DNA of 64,000 nucleotides from Proteromonas lacertae (taxonomy: Eukaryota): assembly GCA_002245135.1 (NCBI GenBank), contig NGBS01000037.1:1-64000 (forward strand), read 5' to 3'. The notes under the pieces were generated by a model. The model made no database searches. It was not told where the DNA came from and saw only the letters and a list, made by a program, of their open reading frames with translations. A program made the position numbers and the translations under genes. Shown here in pieces: positions 11,826 to 24,600 of this stretch. Every line of letters begins with the position of its first letter. Position 1 is the stretch's first letter.

Positions 11826-12346
11826 TGGTTAAAAAGGATGAAGAAGAATAGAATAAAAAAAGTAGTTGATATAAATAATCCTTACAGAATTGCCATTGAA
11901 ATTAGTTTGAATAATATTTATATAAGTTATATAAGTGATTAATTTGTTTATTTGGAAGATGGTTTAAGAATTGGAATATTTTATATAGATAAATTTTATT
12001 CATTATTATACTTTATTTATTTTATGTTGTTTACATTTTGTGTGTGATGTAATTATTATTATTATATATTGATGAATAAAATATTTGTTGTTGTTTTATA
12101 TTTCTATAAAAACAATTAATCATTCATTATTCATTATTTCAGATATTCTTTTTCTTTATTTTCATTATAATATTTCTACGCTTTATACACAATGCTTAAA
12201 ATAACACAAATAAATAAATATATAACAAAGGCTTAATATAGCTAGGAAAGGTAATTTATTTATCTTCAAACTATTTTTTTCTTCCTCCTCCTTTTTAACC
12301 ATCATCAAACAACATAAAACCATATTATAATATTAACTATAACTAT
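11779..12346. mobile_element. Fold-back/MITE-like element with ~70-100 bp imperfect terminal inverted repeats
   Basis: ATAGTTATAGTT...TTTTATGTTGTTCGATGATGGTTAAAAAGGA at 11779 is mirrored by TCCTTTTTAACCATCATCAAACAACATAAAA...AACTATAACTAT ending at 12346. Non-coding AT-rich interior. No clear TSD. Confidence 0.6.
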
Positions 12347-13118
12347 TGCTTTTAATTATTCAACTCAGTATTTAATCTAAATACAAAATTATCACACTTC
12401 TATTTCACATAAAAATATCATTACAATAATTCATCAAATAATAACTTTTATTTTTCAATACATACAAATCTAGAGATAATATCATCCTCAAATAATCTAC
12501 TACATCTTTTTAGATATTAAGATATTTCAAACTTTCAAATCAAGACTATTGTTAATCACTTTTTCTATATTCACTTATCTTACATCATTATATAAATAAT
12601 CGGAATAATAACATTCATATTAATCAAATATCACATCTTTATTTCTTTAAACTCACGTCATCTTACACAAATTCACAATTTATACAAAACATCACAATTA
12701 TAGCTTATTCACATCATTTTTAAATTTAAACTATTTTCTACATCTTTATAACACCATCAGGTTGTTCCACTCTGAAAAGGATTTGAAATCTGTCTCTTTC
12801 CTCATCTATTTTGTCCATATAAATAAAATTATCATCATACTTCAGCATCAAACACTTATATTCACCATAATACATCATTTACACATCAATTTCACAAAAA
12901 TATTTTTTATATTTATAAATATTTAGCCGTTTCTTTCATAATTTTTCATTTTTTCTATTTAAATCATCATTAAGCATAGATATTAATATAATAACATGAA
13001 TAGATTGATATATTATTAATTTTCTACCTATAAATTCATTATTAGAATGATATTAATTGTTTATAAGAAAAATATAAGAGAGAGTGATATATAAGAAAAA
13101 AGAGTGAAAAAATAAACA

Positions 13119-13236
13119 GAATCGTTCATATCTACAATAAAGCACCGCATCCCATCAGAACTGCGAAGTTAAGATTGTACTAGCTATGATAGTAGTACAG
13201 TGGGGCACTCTGTGCGAAGTCATAGTAACGATTCTT
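13119..13236 (+). rRNA. 5S rRNA: 5S ribosomal RNA gene
   Basis: Contains AAAGCACCGCATCCCATCAGAACTGCGAAGTTAAG...AGTAGTAC...GAAGTC. Terminal helix GAATCGTT/AACGATTC, ~118 nt, followed by a T-run. Confidence 0.93.
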
Positions 13237-13239
13237 TTT
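13235..13239 (+). terminator. RNA polymerase III oligo-T terminator of the 5S gene
   Basis: TTTTT immediately after helix I, with further T-runs downstream. Confidence 0.7.
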
Positions 13240-13931
13240 ATTCTTTTTGTTTATTTCTTTTTTCTTTCTTTTTAATATGATTTAGAACAGGTATAGAAAC
13301 AATAAAATCACACAAACAAATAGAATCAAACTCAATCGAAAATTAATGTGTAAAGATTCATTATTAAGAAGATTAACATTGAAGTATATATTATTGTCAT
13401 ACATTTTTGTTGTTTTATTGTCTTTAGCAGTGTTTTAAAAATATTTATGACAAATAAAGGTAGTGAATTGAATGAATTGTTTATATGCGAGTGGTTCATA
13501 TGATTATATATTCTGAATCAGCATATAAATTCTACCAAAATGTATCAATGTAAAATAAAATTCTAATATATGTTTGAAATCAACACTTGCATATTAACGT
13601 GAATATTAATTACTTATAAATTGTCATTAATGAAGTATTGTTGTGTATTCAATCAAATGGAAATAGAGATGTAAATGTCATTATTGATTTGCTGATGAGG
13701 TAAATCAATATAAAATAGAAAAAAAAATAATTGTAAGATTATAAATAATAATTAAAAAATAAATAAATCTATAATTCATTAAAGAATAATAAAAAAAGAT
13801 TTTCACTTTTTTCTGTTGAAAATAACATTCCCTATTCCTGCTATTATCAAGATTATTATTATTATAACTATTCACAGAAGTACAGTTACAATTATTCGTC
13901 GAATAATTATAGCAATACTATTCCTAACAAT

Positions 13932-14406
13932 ATGTCTTTGAGTACTTGTTTGATGAACTTATGGTTTTATAATTGTAGATATGCCTGCTAATACGTTGGA
14001 GAGGAACTTAATGCCATTTGACAGCGCATGGTATGCAAATCAACAGATTAATCCAACTCCAGTACCGTCCTTAACATACAGGACTTTTGAGAGTAGAAAT
14101 ACTTGAACCAGATGACACACCAGAGGAGAACCCTAGAACTGTCAATGAGCCGTATATATCGTAATAAATGCATATTTTAATAGATTATTACCAAGAGCAA
14201 GAAGACCAACACCAAATAACGAAATAATACAAAGCATTGAATTTTCTAAGGAGTATATAACAAGAAAACATGATAATACACATGAATCTGTATTGAGAAT
14301 AGAAACAGCAGATGGTTATGTATGGGTGATTAGAGGAGTAATACATTCATTTAGAAAGATGAAAGTGCAAAAGAAGAAGAAACACCATGAAGAAGAGGAA
14401 GATTAA
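13932..14406 (+). pseudogene. Small hypothetical intron-containing gene with an apparent frameshift (~14090)
   Basis: Coding-like composition, two short GT-AG introns, and open frames MPANTLERN... and VEILEPDD...KKKHHEEEED* that are out of phase with each other. Confidence 0.35.
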
Positions 14407-14576
14407 ACAGATAATCAATGATTTATCAACTAATGACCATAATTCTTTGATATATTGTTTATATATAAGCTAATTAAACATAAAAACATTTTAAAAATAC
14501 GAAATTTTAACTATTATATTAAAAACATTAAATTAAATTCATTAAAAATTGATTCTTTTATTTTCCTTATTCTCTT

Positions 14577-15719
14577 TTATAAATGATCTTCAGGTTCATT
14601 CATCACATCGGGATATAAAACTGAAAAATCTGGCTTTGATGTAGAAAATGATTTAAACATCTTCTTTAACAACTCTCTCCACTTTCTATCATAACAATAA
14701 ACCATATCTTCAGTTATATTAATCTCTGTATGATAATTAGTAGGCTTGGGACAACTATAAAAACAAATACATAAATACAAAAAAATACATGTCTTTTCCT
14801 TCCAATCTAAAAAACATCAATACTTCACAAACAAAACATTTATCTTCCTCATCATTTGTAATAAAGTAATCATCTAAGATCAAATTATTTTTTTCTTCTA
14901 TTTTTCTTATCTCTTCTATCACGTTTTCTAACTTAATCTGTAATTCATCAAAATTTGTGTCTTTCGGTAGTTCACATGTACAATATCTGTGTAATAAATC
15001 TAATGTAATATGTGGTGATTCTTTTTCTTCTACTTTCTCTTTTCTTCTAATCATTTTCTGAGATTGGCTTCTTGTTCTTCTTTTTAGACTATTTGCCTTA
15101 GGTTTAGATGGAGAATTTGGTACACTACTGTGTTTAATCTTTTTAAATACTTTACCTGATACTGACATGTTTAAATCTGTTTCAGATATTGAAGTGTCGT
15201 GATATGATGAATATCCACTTGAATCTATTAGATTTTCATGAACTACTGATTCGTCATTATCACTGTACTTTTTAGCTGTGATTATTAGAGAATGATAATT
15301 AATTTCATTTAAATCTGTGTTTGTTAGATAATTCCACAGTTCATTTCCATCTATTAAATAATTAATTTTATAAAATGGCAATATACATACCTTCTGTAGA
15401 CAATTTAAAACCTATTTCTTTTAATGCTGATAAAAATTGATCATATGTTAAGGTACCTCTCTTCTCTGGAGTTGTGTCATAATCTTCGAATATTTTTTTT
15501 GCTGAATATACTTTTTGAGACAAGAGTGTCTTTAATAGAATATAAGATAGAATTTATACCTGAAATCTTTTATATATTTTTTCACCACGCGATAGAGACA
15601 CATTTAGAGAATGTGTTCCACTATAAACAATAAATTCTGCATTTATACTCTAATGAGATAGGAAAAGCAGTAAGTGGACCTTTGGAGACACTTAGACTGG
15701 TTCCGATGCTTATGTCCAT
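14577..15719 (-). CDS. EF-hand-containing hypothetical protein (multi-exon)
   Basis: Spliced reading KIFEDYDTTPEKRGTLTYDQFLSALKKEIGFKLSTEDGNELWNYL...EINYHSL (EF-hand pair). C-terminal Cys/His cluster (CFVC...CPKPTNYH). Confidence 0.55.
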
Positions 15720-15928
15720 AAATTATATCCCTCTAAACTATTCTCAATTTCAAATAATACTAAAGACAGTTATATTTTGAATTTTTAAAAGCTTGATAAA
15801 AGCTTGATTCTTTTTATTCAAAATTTTCATTGTTCTACTATGTTATGATTATATTTATCCCCCCAAAACTACACGAATATAAGTAGATATATCTTATCAG
15901 TTAAGAAATTTATCATCCTCTGATAAAT

Positions 15929-16387
15929 TTATGAGAAAGATATTAATTCTACTTCAAATACTAATACACTGTTTGGTGGAATGCTATTTTAATTAATTAA
16001 CATATATAATATACATTGGTGGGAATCCTCTTTCACCATAAGCATATTGTGGTTGAAGTGTTAATTTAGCAATTTGACCTTTGCTCATTTTAGTAACACC
16101 TTCATCCCAACCACGAATGACTTCTCCTTTTCCTAAAGTGAATTGGAATGGAGTGCCTCTGTCTCTGCTTGAATCAAACTTCTTTCCGTTTGTTAACTAT
16201 CAAAATACAATCAATAAATCAATAAATACAGTGCCTACGTAGTGAACCTTAACTTTCTGTCCTGGCTTTGGGAAATTAACACCATCACTATAACATTAGA
16301 ATATGAACATAATAATATAATCAAATGCAAGATTGTATATTATATATTGTACCCTGCTTTAATTGTTTCGATTACAATTGGCTCCAT
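15929..16387 (-). CDS. FKBP12: FK506-binding peptidyl-prolyl isomerase FKBP12 (3 introns)
   Basis: Spliced: ...[53 protein letters not shown]...[24 protein letters not shown]. Confidence 0.95.
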
Positions 16388-16486
16388 ATCTTTATTTCAA
16401 TAAAAACAACAAAAATGAATTTTTTTTGAATTTAAAAAACGAATATTATTTTTGAAACATTTCAAAAACATATTGAAAAGGAATAA

Positions 16487-17488
16487 TTACGATTTAAAAA
16501 CATATTTTGATGTAATACCACCAAATAGAAGTATAAAAGTGAGATAAAAATAAGCTTTCGATGATTCATAACAATCTGAGATTAATCTCAAGCACTCTGT
16601 TGTATCAACATCACATCTATAAATAATAATAACAACAACAACATATATAAAAAATATACATATTTGAGCAACTATATTGTTTGTATAAATAAAAGAATAA
16701 ACAAATTATTGTACATAAGAACAAAACCGATGGAATTCTCGAATAAAACTCATAAGATATATTATCTTCTATTCCTGAATGATTTAAAACATAATAATAT
16801 TTATTCTTATATTTCAATAAACAATGTTCCATTTTTATTGGATTGTTTTGCTGTGAAATGATTGGCTCTGGTTTTGATTTTGTAAAAATTAGAATATGGT
16901 GAGGTTTACCCGTTTGATGGAATAATACTTTCTATTCTTATTTATAGTTTATAACTTATACACGAAGATTTACTACAATATCATTTTCTTCAGATTTTTC
17001 TTTTTCTTCAAATAAGATTAACTGCTTTATATAGTTAAATTCGTTATTTTCAAATGTGTTAAATTGTGTTATTATAGATGAATCATCACTATATTTTCAA
17101 TATAAATATTTATAATTACCTTTCTGTGAAAGAAGGTGTTTTAAATTTTGGATCATACTTTGGATACACTGGCGAACATCGAAATATTAATAAGTTAATT
17201 CCATTTTCATATACCAACATTATAAAATTCTTCTTCCTCTAAAATATTAGAGAATAAAGTAATACAAAAGAAATGGCTGAATAAAATTCTGTTCCAATAA
17301 TAGCATGCCATGTCTCTCCGTACTATATTGATTATATATTCTTAGCTCAATACTTTCTTGTCTAATATTGATTTTATGCCATTAACTTGATCTTTCAATG
17401 TAGTTTTGCTTCTATTATATTCTGTCACCAAATCAATAACAAATTTACTCATTCTTGGTGGCATATCACATTGTTTCACTTTTGTCAT
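16487..17488 (-). CDS. Dynein light chain (LC8-type) domain protein with C-terminal hydrophobic segments
   Basis: Spliced: VKQCDMPPRM...IKSILDKKYGETWHAIIGTEFYSAISF...LLIFR. Then an extension ending in two TM-like stretches (VLFLCTIICLFFYL; YFYLTFILLFGGI). Middle exons are approximate. Confidence 0.7.
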
Positions 17489-17551
17489 TTGTCAATTAAA
17501 ATTATATCCGTTTCTAATTCTATTTTTTAGTTTTTCTTTCTTTCTTCGCTT

Positions 17552-18652
17552 ATGAGTGTGAGTGCTGAAGAAATTCAATTTCAGTATGATTTGGCAATAT
17601 CTCAACTAGAGTCTCTTGTAGTATATATAATATTTTAAATATGTTTTGAAGGAGCTACCTCGTAATTTTATTGAATTAGCACATCAACTGTTTAACTGTA
17701 GTGGATTGTGCTGTATCAAATCAATAGAATGTTCGACATATAGTATTGTTTTTAAATTTCATTATTATTAGTTTATCCTCCTCAGTTTGTTTATCATATT
17801 GTTGTAAACTATCAAATACAAAGGAAAACATACTTTGCTCCAGTTAAAATATCTTTAGAACCAACTTACCCAGATACTCCACCAAAAGTTCAAATTGAAA
17901 CACAGAATGATATTGTATTCAATGAAAATTTCCCATATTATCTTCCTGGAGGTGTAATAGATGTAGAATCATTGATACCTAAAAAGAAATACATTGAGTT
18001 ACCAACTTTAACTCGTAGTTTAAGTGAAGCATTTAGTAAAGTATATCCAGTATGTGTAGCAAGTCCAGAACTAAAGAATCTAAGGGAACAATGTGTGAAA
18101 AAGATAAGAACTGTTGCTCCAGATATAATTAACAGTCTAAATCGAGCAATTAACTTAGCTCAACAGGAAACAGAGAAAATACAATCAGTAGCTACGGATG
18201 TAGCAAAATCTAATGTTAATCATACACGATATATTGAAGAACAGATTGATACAATATCACAATTAGATCAATCAATAACTGAGTTACAGAAAGTGCAAGA
18301 GAACGATCCAATTGATAGTTTAGTTGATTCTATACCTGTTGATGAATTGTTGGAGATTAATGGAGTGAGAGGTAAAGAATTATTGAAAATAGTGAGTGAT
18401 ATGAAGTCGATTGATTCTATTATTAATCATTTATCATTGCTATTACAGAATGATCAGTTATCAGCCGAACAGTTTGTTATTATTACAAGAAGATTGTCAA
18501 GAGAATATTATTTAGGTCACATAATGAAAATAAGGGTATTTTATATTATATATATAATCATCTATTATATATAGTATCAAAGATTGAATGTTATTGCTGC
18601 TTCTGCTTCTAACAATATAAATAATAAAGAAGAAAACAAAAACATGAAGTGA
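17552..18652 (+). CDS. VPS23: ESCRT-I subunit Vps23/TSG101
   Basis: UEV motif APVKISLEPTYPDTPPKV, central coiled coil, and steadiness-box-like LLQNDQLSAEQFVIITRRLSREYY. Confidence 0.8.
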
Positions 18653-18801
18653 TTTTTATATATATTTAGTATATGTTTCTTTATTGTAATTGTTTTTATC
18701 CTGTAAAACTCATCAGTAGATGAGTTATGAAGAAAAGAACAAAAAAAGGATCAAGCCAAGCAAAAATAATCGTTTCAATTTTTTAAATTTTTCTGTTTAT
18801 T

Positions 18802-21008
18802 ATGTCGAAGAGAGTGTCAATACTCAAAAAAACACCATCGAAAAAGAGAATTAGTATTGTTTCAGTATATTTAAGTATAATTACTCATTGTAGCAACCTA
18901 CACAAGATTCTGTAGGTCAATTAACGCAACAGCAGTTAAATACATATCAAAATGAAATAGAAATATTAAAGAAGCAAAATGACGAATATAAAGAAAAAAT
19001 AGAAAAGTATGAAAGTGAATTACAACAACAGAAAGGAGATATAGTAGAATTAAAAGATTCTAATCGACGATTTAAAACACCAAAATGAACAATTTAAAGA
19101 AAAAATGGCAGTAATGCAAGCTAAAATGAGTAAAGTCGGGTCTCTAGAGCAAGGACTATTAGAATTTCATATGGAAATAAAAAATCGAATGAACAATCAT
19201 CCTACTAACAAAGAAAAGAATTTAAGTTTAGAAGAAAAATTAATGATAATGAGACAGTCCCATTATGAACCAATGGCTTTATTAGAGGAGTTAAGGACTA
19301 ATGTAAGAGTTGAACTCAGTTTTAAAGATGATTATGAAGATGAATTAAAAGGAATGATTGAAAATAGAAAAAATAAATTTCAAAGACAAATTGAAGATTT
19401 AAATGTATATAAAAATTGAAATTTTTATATTTAGCAACAATTAGCCAATGCAGTAGATGCAAAAATAGAATATATAAAACAAATCGAAGAATTAAAGGAA
19501 GATCAACACAAACTTGAAGATACGATATTTCAAATTAACCAAAAACATCAGGAGGAACTACAGAAATGGAGTAATAATTTAGAAGCTATAGAAGTATATA
19601 TATAATATATATATATATATATTTAATTATTATTATATAGAGTTTATTAAAAGAAAAAGAAGAAACAATTCAAAAACTTCAAACCGAGCTTGATGAAAAA
19701 GATAAATATATCAATCAATTGGAGAACAATTTGCAATATATTCCACACTTGGAGAATAATATAAAGAAATTACAACATCAGAATTTATTGGATAGTAAGA
19801 AAGGAGCTGCTCAATATGCTGCATCTTTGAAAACATTACAAAAAGAAGTGATTGGATTATCAAAGGTATATATATATATATGAATATTATTATTATATTT
19901 TTGTATTAATTATACTTTATTTTTAATTTTTTACTTCTTTTCTTACTTTATATATATATATATATATATATAGACTGAAGCAGAAAATATTCAACTTCGT
20001 AATGAAATTAAAGACCTCCGAAATCAATGTGAAAACTACAAACGATGTGCAGCATTCTCAATAGATAATAGTGAAAATTATACCACTGTAAATAATGTAA
20101 ATAGAATGCAAAAAAGAATACAACAGTTAAGAACAGATTATGATAAAGCGGAAGAAGTGGTGAAGAAATATAAAGTGATTAATGAACAATTGAGAAATAA
20201 AATAAGAAAAATGAAAGTATATATATATATATAATAATATTGTTATTCATTTACTTCCTATCTTCCTTCTTATTTTTTTAAAATCATATTAATAGAATGA
20301 TTATGATGAATTATTTATTGCAGCTAATCAAAACAACAAAGTGCCTGACACAAATAAACTGAGTAAAAGAACAATCAAAATACTAGCAGATAGTAATCAA
20401 CATTATAAAGATATTATACAAGTATAAACAATATTATTATATATATATATATTAAAAATAGAAAAAAATAGAAGTCAGAGAAAGTCAAAATAAAGAGTTA
20501 TCAAAGACAATGAGATTGATGTTGAAGAATGACTATGAACAAAAAATTAAATTAAAAAATGAAGAATTAGAAAAAAGTAGAAAAGATACAGAGATGAGTC
20601 AGTTACAATATGAATTGGATAAAGCAAACAATAAAAATAAAAGATTTAATACCACTTATAACAACAATAATCAAGATGATGAAAATGATCAATTATTTGA
20701 AAAGATAATAGATAAGAGTAAGGAGATAGAAATTGAGACACAGAAAAGACAAAATGATAAAGTTATCAAACAGATAATGAACAACACATATAACAGTCTT
20801 AGAACATACGATTTGGAAGATGTTGATAAAAGTATGTTCTTTCAGTGTAATATATTTATATTATATAGAAATAGGTCAAGTACGTCCAAGTTCTGCTCAA
20901 ACCCTTAGAACTCCTGGTGGTGTTAGAATTAATTTAGAGAGTAGTAGTAAAAATAAAATGAATGTTGGATCAGCTCACTCTACATTGAAAGTAGGTGAGC
21001 TATTGTAA
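18802..21008 (+). CDS. Long coiled-coil protein, many introns; apparent +1 frameshift at ~19071
   Basis: Successive E/K/Q-rich heptad exons separated by GT...AG (TA)n introns. Confidence 0.7.
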
Positions 21009-21672
21009 ATTAAAAAGCATAGTCGTGTTTTGATAATTAGATTGAGTTTATTTATTGTTCTTTTATGATTTAGTTGTTTGATGTTTGATTTTAAGTATAT
21101 TTCGACCATAATATATTTCAAAACAAGCATGTGTGAGCTAATAAATACGAATGATTCCGTTTTTGCTTCAAACTAGAATATATTATCAATATTATTTTCC
21201 CATATGCTCACTAAAAATAAATCAAAGCAGATAAAAGGATTTGCTTCTCATATGACTCAATGTTTCAGATTTATATATATATATCATAACGTATATCTTA
21301 TTCTGGAGGATTAAGTGAACTCGATATAAATATAGAATGTATTAGATGATTTTTTATCAAAATATAAGGTATTATAACAATTAGAAGATTCATAATTATG
21401 AGAGATGTTAGGTATATATATGGCAATTGAAGGATATAACGCATTGATAGAGTTAATATGTATGTCTAATTTTTTATTCATAATAAATCAGTTCGATGAT
21501 CTCTTCGTGTAATTAGATTAAATAGTCCATTTTATATCATAACACATCAGCATAGTGTAGATTTATCAGTTCTGGTTAGTAAGAGAGTCAGTTCAAAAAA
21601 ACCAACATTCAAAAATACAGTTTATTAAAATTTCATCATCCAATTATTTTTGAATCATTCGTTATTCATTTC

Positions 21673-24600
21673 ATGATGAATAAATCGATTCTCATTGTCT
21701 TTTCACGTATTATTATTATCTATTTTTAATATTTAGTGTTTATTATCTCTGTTGTGCTTACAACTGATGTGAGACACAGTGATTCACATCTTGATACTGT
21801 TGCTAGTAGTAGAAAAACTCCATCAGATGCATCAGTTGCTTGTTTAGAGAGTGAATCTACTAAATCATGGTATATTTATAACATATTTATTATGATTAGT
21901 AATTTGAAGAAACAAGCAAAGAGATTATTACAAGATACAACAGCTCCAACAACAGCTCCAACAACAGCAACTCCAACAACAGCAACTCCAACAACAGCTG
22001 CTCCAACAACAGCAGCTCCATCAACAGCAGCTCCAACAACAGTAGTTCCAACAACAGCAGCTCCAACAACAGCAGCTCCTTCAACAGCAGCTCCTTCAAC
22101 AGCAGCTCCTTCAACAGCAGCTCCTTCAACAGCAGCTCCTTCAACAGCAGCTCCTTCAACAGCAGCTCCTTCAACAGCAGCTCCAACAACAGTAGTTCCA
22201 TCAACAGCTTCACCATCAACAACAGAAAAGCCATCAACCGTTGCTCCATCAACAACAGCTTCACCATCAACAGCAGCTCCAACAACAGTAGTTCCAACAA
22301 CAGCAGTTCCATCAACAGCTTCACCATCAACAACAGAAAAGCCATCAACCGTTGCTCCATCAACAACAGCTTCACCATCAACTGTAGCTCCTTCAACAAC
22401 TGGTATTCCAACAACAGCTTCACCATCAACAACAGAAAAGCCAACAACTACAGCAGCTCCATCAACCATTGCTCCATCAACAACAGCTTCACCATCAACT
22501 GTAGCTCCTTCAACAACTGGTATTCCAACAACAGCTGCTCCATCAACAACAGAAAAGCCAACAACTACAGCAGCTCCATCAACCATTGCTCCATCAACAA
22601 CAGCTTCACCATCAACTGTAGCTCCTTCAACAACTGGTATTCCAACAACAGCTGCTCCATCAACTACAGAAAAGCCAACTACAGCTGCTCCATCAAACAA
22701 AGATTATTCATTTACTTTTTCAATATGTGCTACTACTCTAACTACACCTGAATCAACAAATCCAAACACTGATTCACCTACAACAACTGGAACTCCAGCA
22801 ACAGGAGAGCCAACAACTTCAGCTCCAACAACAGTATCACCATCAACTGTAGATCCAACAACAACTGTTAAACCATCAACTGCTGCTCCAACAACTACAG
22901 AAAAACCATCAACAGTTGCTCCAACAACTACAGCTGCTCCATCTACAGCAACTCCAACAACAACTGTTAAACCATCAACTGTAGCTCCTTCAACAACTGG
23001 TATTCCAACAACAGCTGCTCCATCAACTACAGAAAAGCCAACAACAGCTGCTCCATCTACATCAGCTCCAACAACAGCTAAACCATCAACTGTAGCTCCT
23101 TCAACAACTGGTATTCCAACAACAGCAGTTCCATCTACATCAGCTCCAACAACAGCTAAACCATCAACAGCAGCTCCATCAACTACAGAAAAGCCAACTA
23201 CAGCTGCTCCATCTACATCAGCTCCAACAACAGCTAAACCAACAACAGAAAAACCAACTACTGCAGCACCAACTACAGCTGCTCCATCTACAGCAGCTCC
23301 AACAACAGCTGCTCCAACTACAGCTGCTCCAACAACAGCTGCTCCAACTACAGCTGCTCCAACAACAGCTGCTCCAACAACAGCAGCTCCAACTACTGCT
23401 AAACCATCAACTGCAGCTCCATCAACTACAGAAAAGCCAACTACAGCTGCTCCAACTACAGCTACACCAGCAGCAAGACTTTTACTTGAAATTGATGAAA
23501 TAAAATCAATTGTGAATAGCACACTTTACACTTTCTACACCTCAAATGAAGTAAATCCAATTAACTATAACACTGAAATATCAGAAACAGCTGATAAAAT
23601 AAATGTACAAGTAACATTAACAGTTATTCCATCAGAAATCAGTGAAGCTGATGACATTGAATCAGCTTTAAAGAATGGAAGTTCATCTTACTTTGGTGTT
23701 ATTTCAAATAAGACAAATGGAGAATATGGTAAATGTGATGAAATACCAACAACACCAGGTACAATAATCAAATCAAAGACACAATGTAGTTATATAACTA
23801 AAAAAGTATTCATAACTGGTCATGCAGCAAAACCTATTTCTCCATTATCAACTGATACAGTAACATATGAAATTACATATAGTAGTAATTGTAATGAATT
23901 GACAATTAATACTACAACTGGTGTATTTACAGTACCAACTGATGATAAAACTACTAACTATAAAACATGTAAAATAACATGTACAGGACCAAGTGACACT
24001 CATGAACCAACAACAGTCACATTCCAATATAAAGTTACTGATTATACATATTCAGTAGATTTATTATTAAGTAAATTCCCTTATATTATCTATCCAAATG
24101 AAGCATTTGAAACTTCATTAGCATTATCTTATCCAATAGTTGAAGAAATAGATGATAATGAATTAACTAAAGAAGAAATGACAATATCATTAACAATAAA
24201 TGAAAATAATGAATATGTTTTAGAAAATTCACCAATTAATGTTGAAGAAACTACATATTTTGATTATAAAGATGTAAAGATTACAACTAACAAAACATCT
24301 GATGGTAAAATCGATTTAATATTCATGAACGATACAAAGGTAATTTATACAAAGAAAGATATCACAATGATTGGAACAACTACAGCTGCAGAATGTGAAA
24401 AAGATGAGAGAGATGCAATGGGATTATGTTGTGATGAGAAACCAGCAGTAGGAGGATTAATGTGTAAAAACTTCACTTTAATTTTACCATTTGTTGAGGA
24501 AGTAACTCCAACATTATTCGATGCTTATAATAAATTATTCAAAAAAGTATTTTTCAATAATACAAATTATATTTGGTACAGTAAAATTGAAGAAGTTCAT

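Noticed and set aside
19065..19085. Programmed ribosomal frameshifting at 1-bp frame breaks (also 2651, 28128, 28807)
   Set aside because: No common slippery site or stimulatory structure. Most lie in homopolymer or dinucleotide runs, so assembly error or recent mutation is more likely.
21066..21627. Possible small multi-exon gene between the coiled-coil gene and receptor 1
   Set aside because: It looks coding-like, but I could not build a consistent spliced frame or recognise a motif.
21876..23522. Long - strand ORFs (GAAVV / ELLL repeats)
   Set aside because: Antisense frames of the mucin repeat, open only because the repeat lacks stops.
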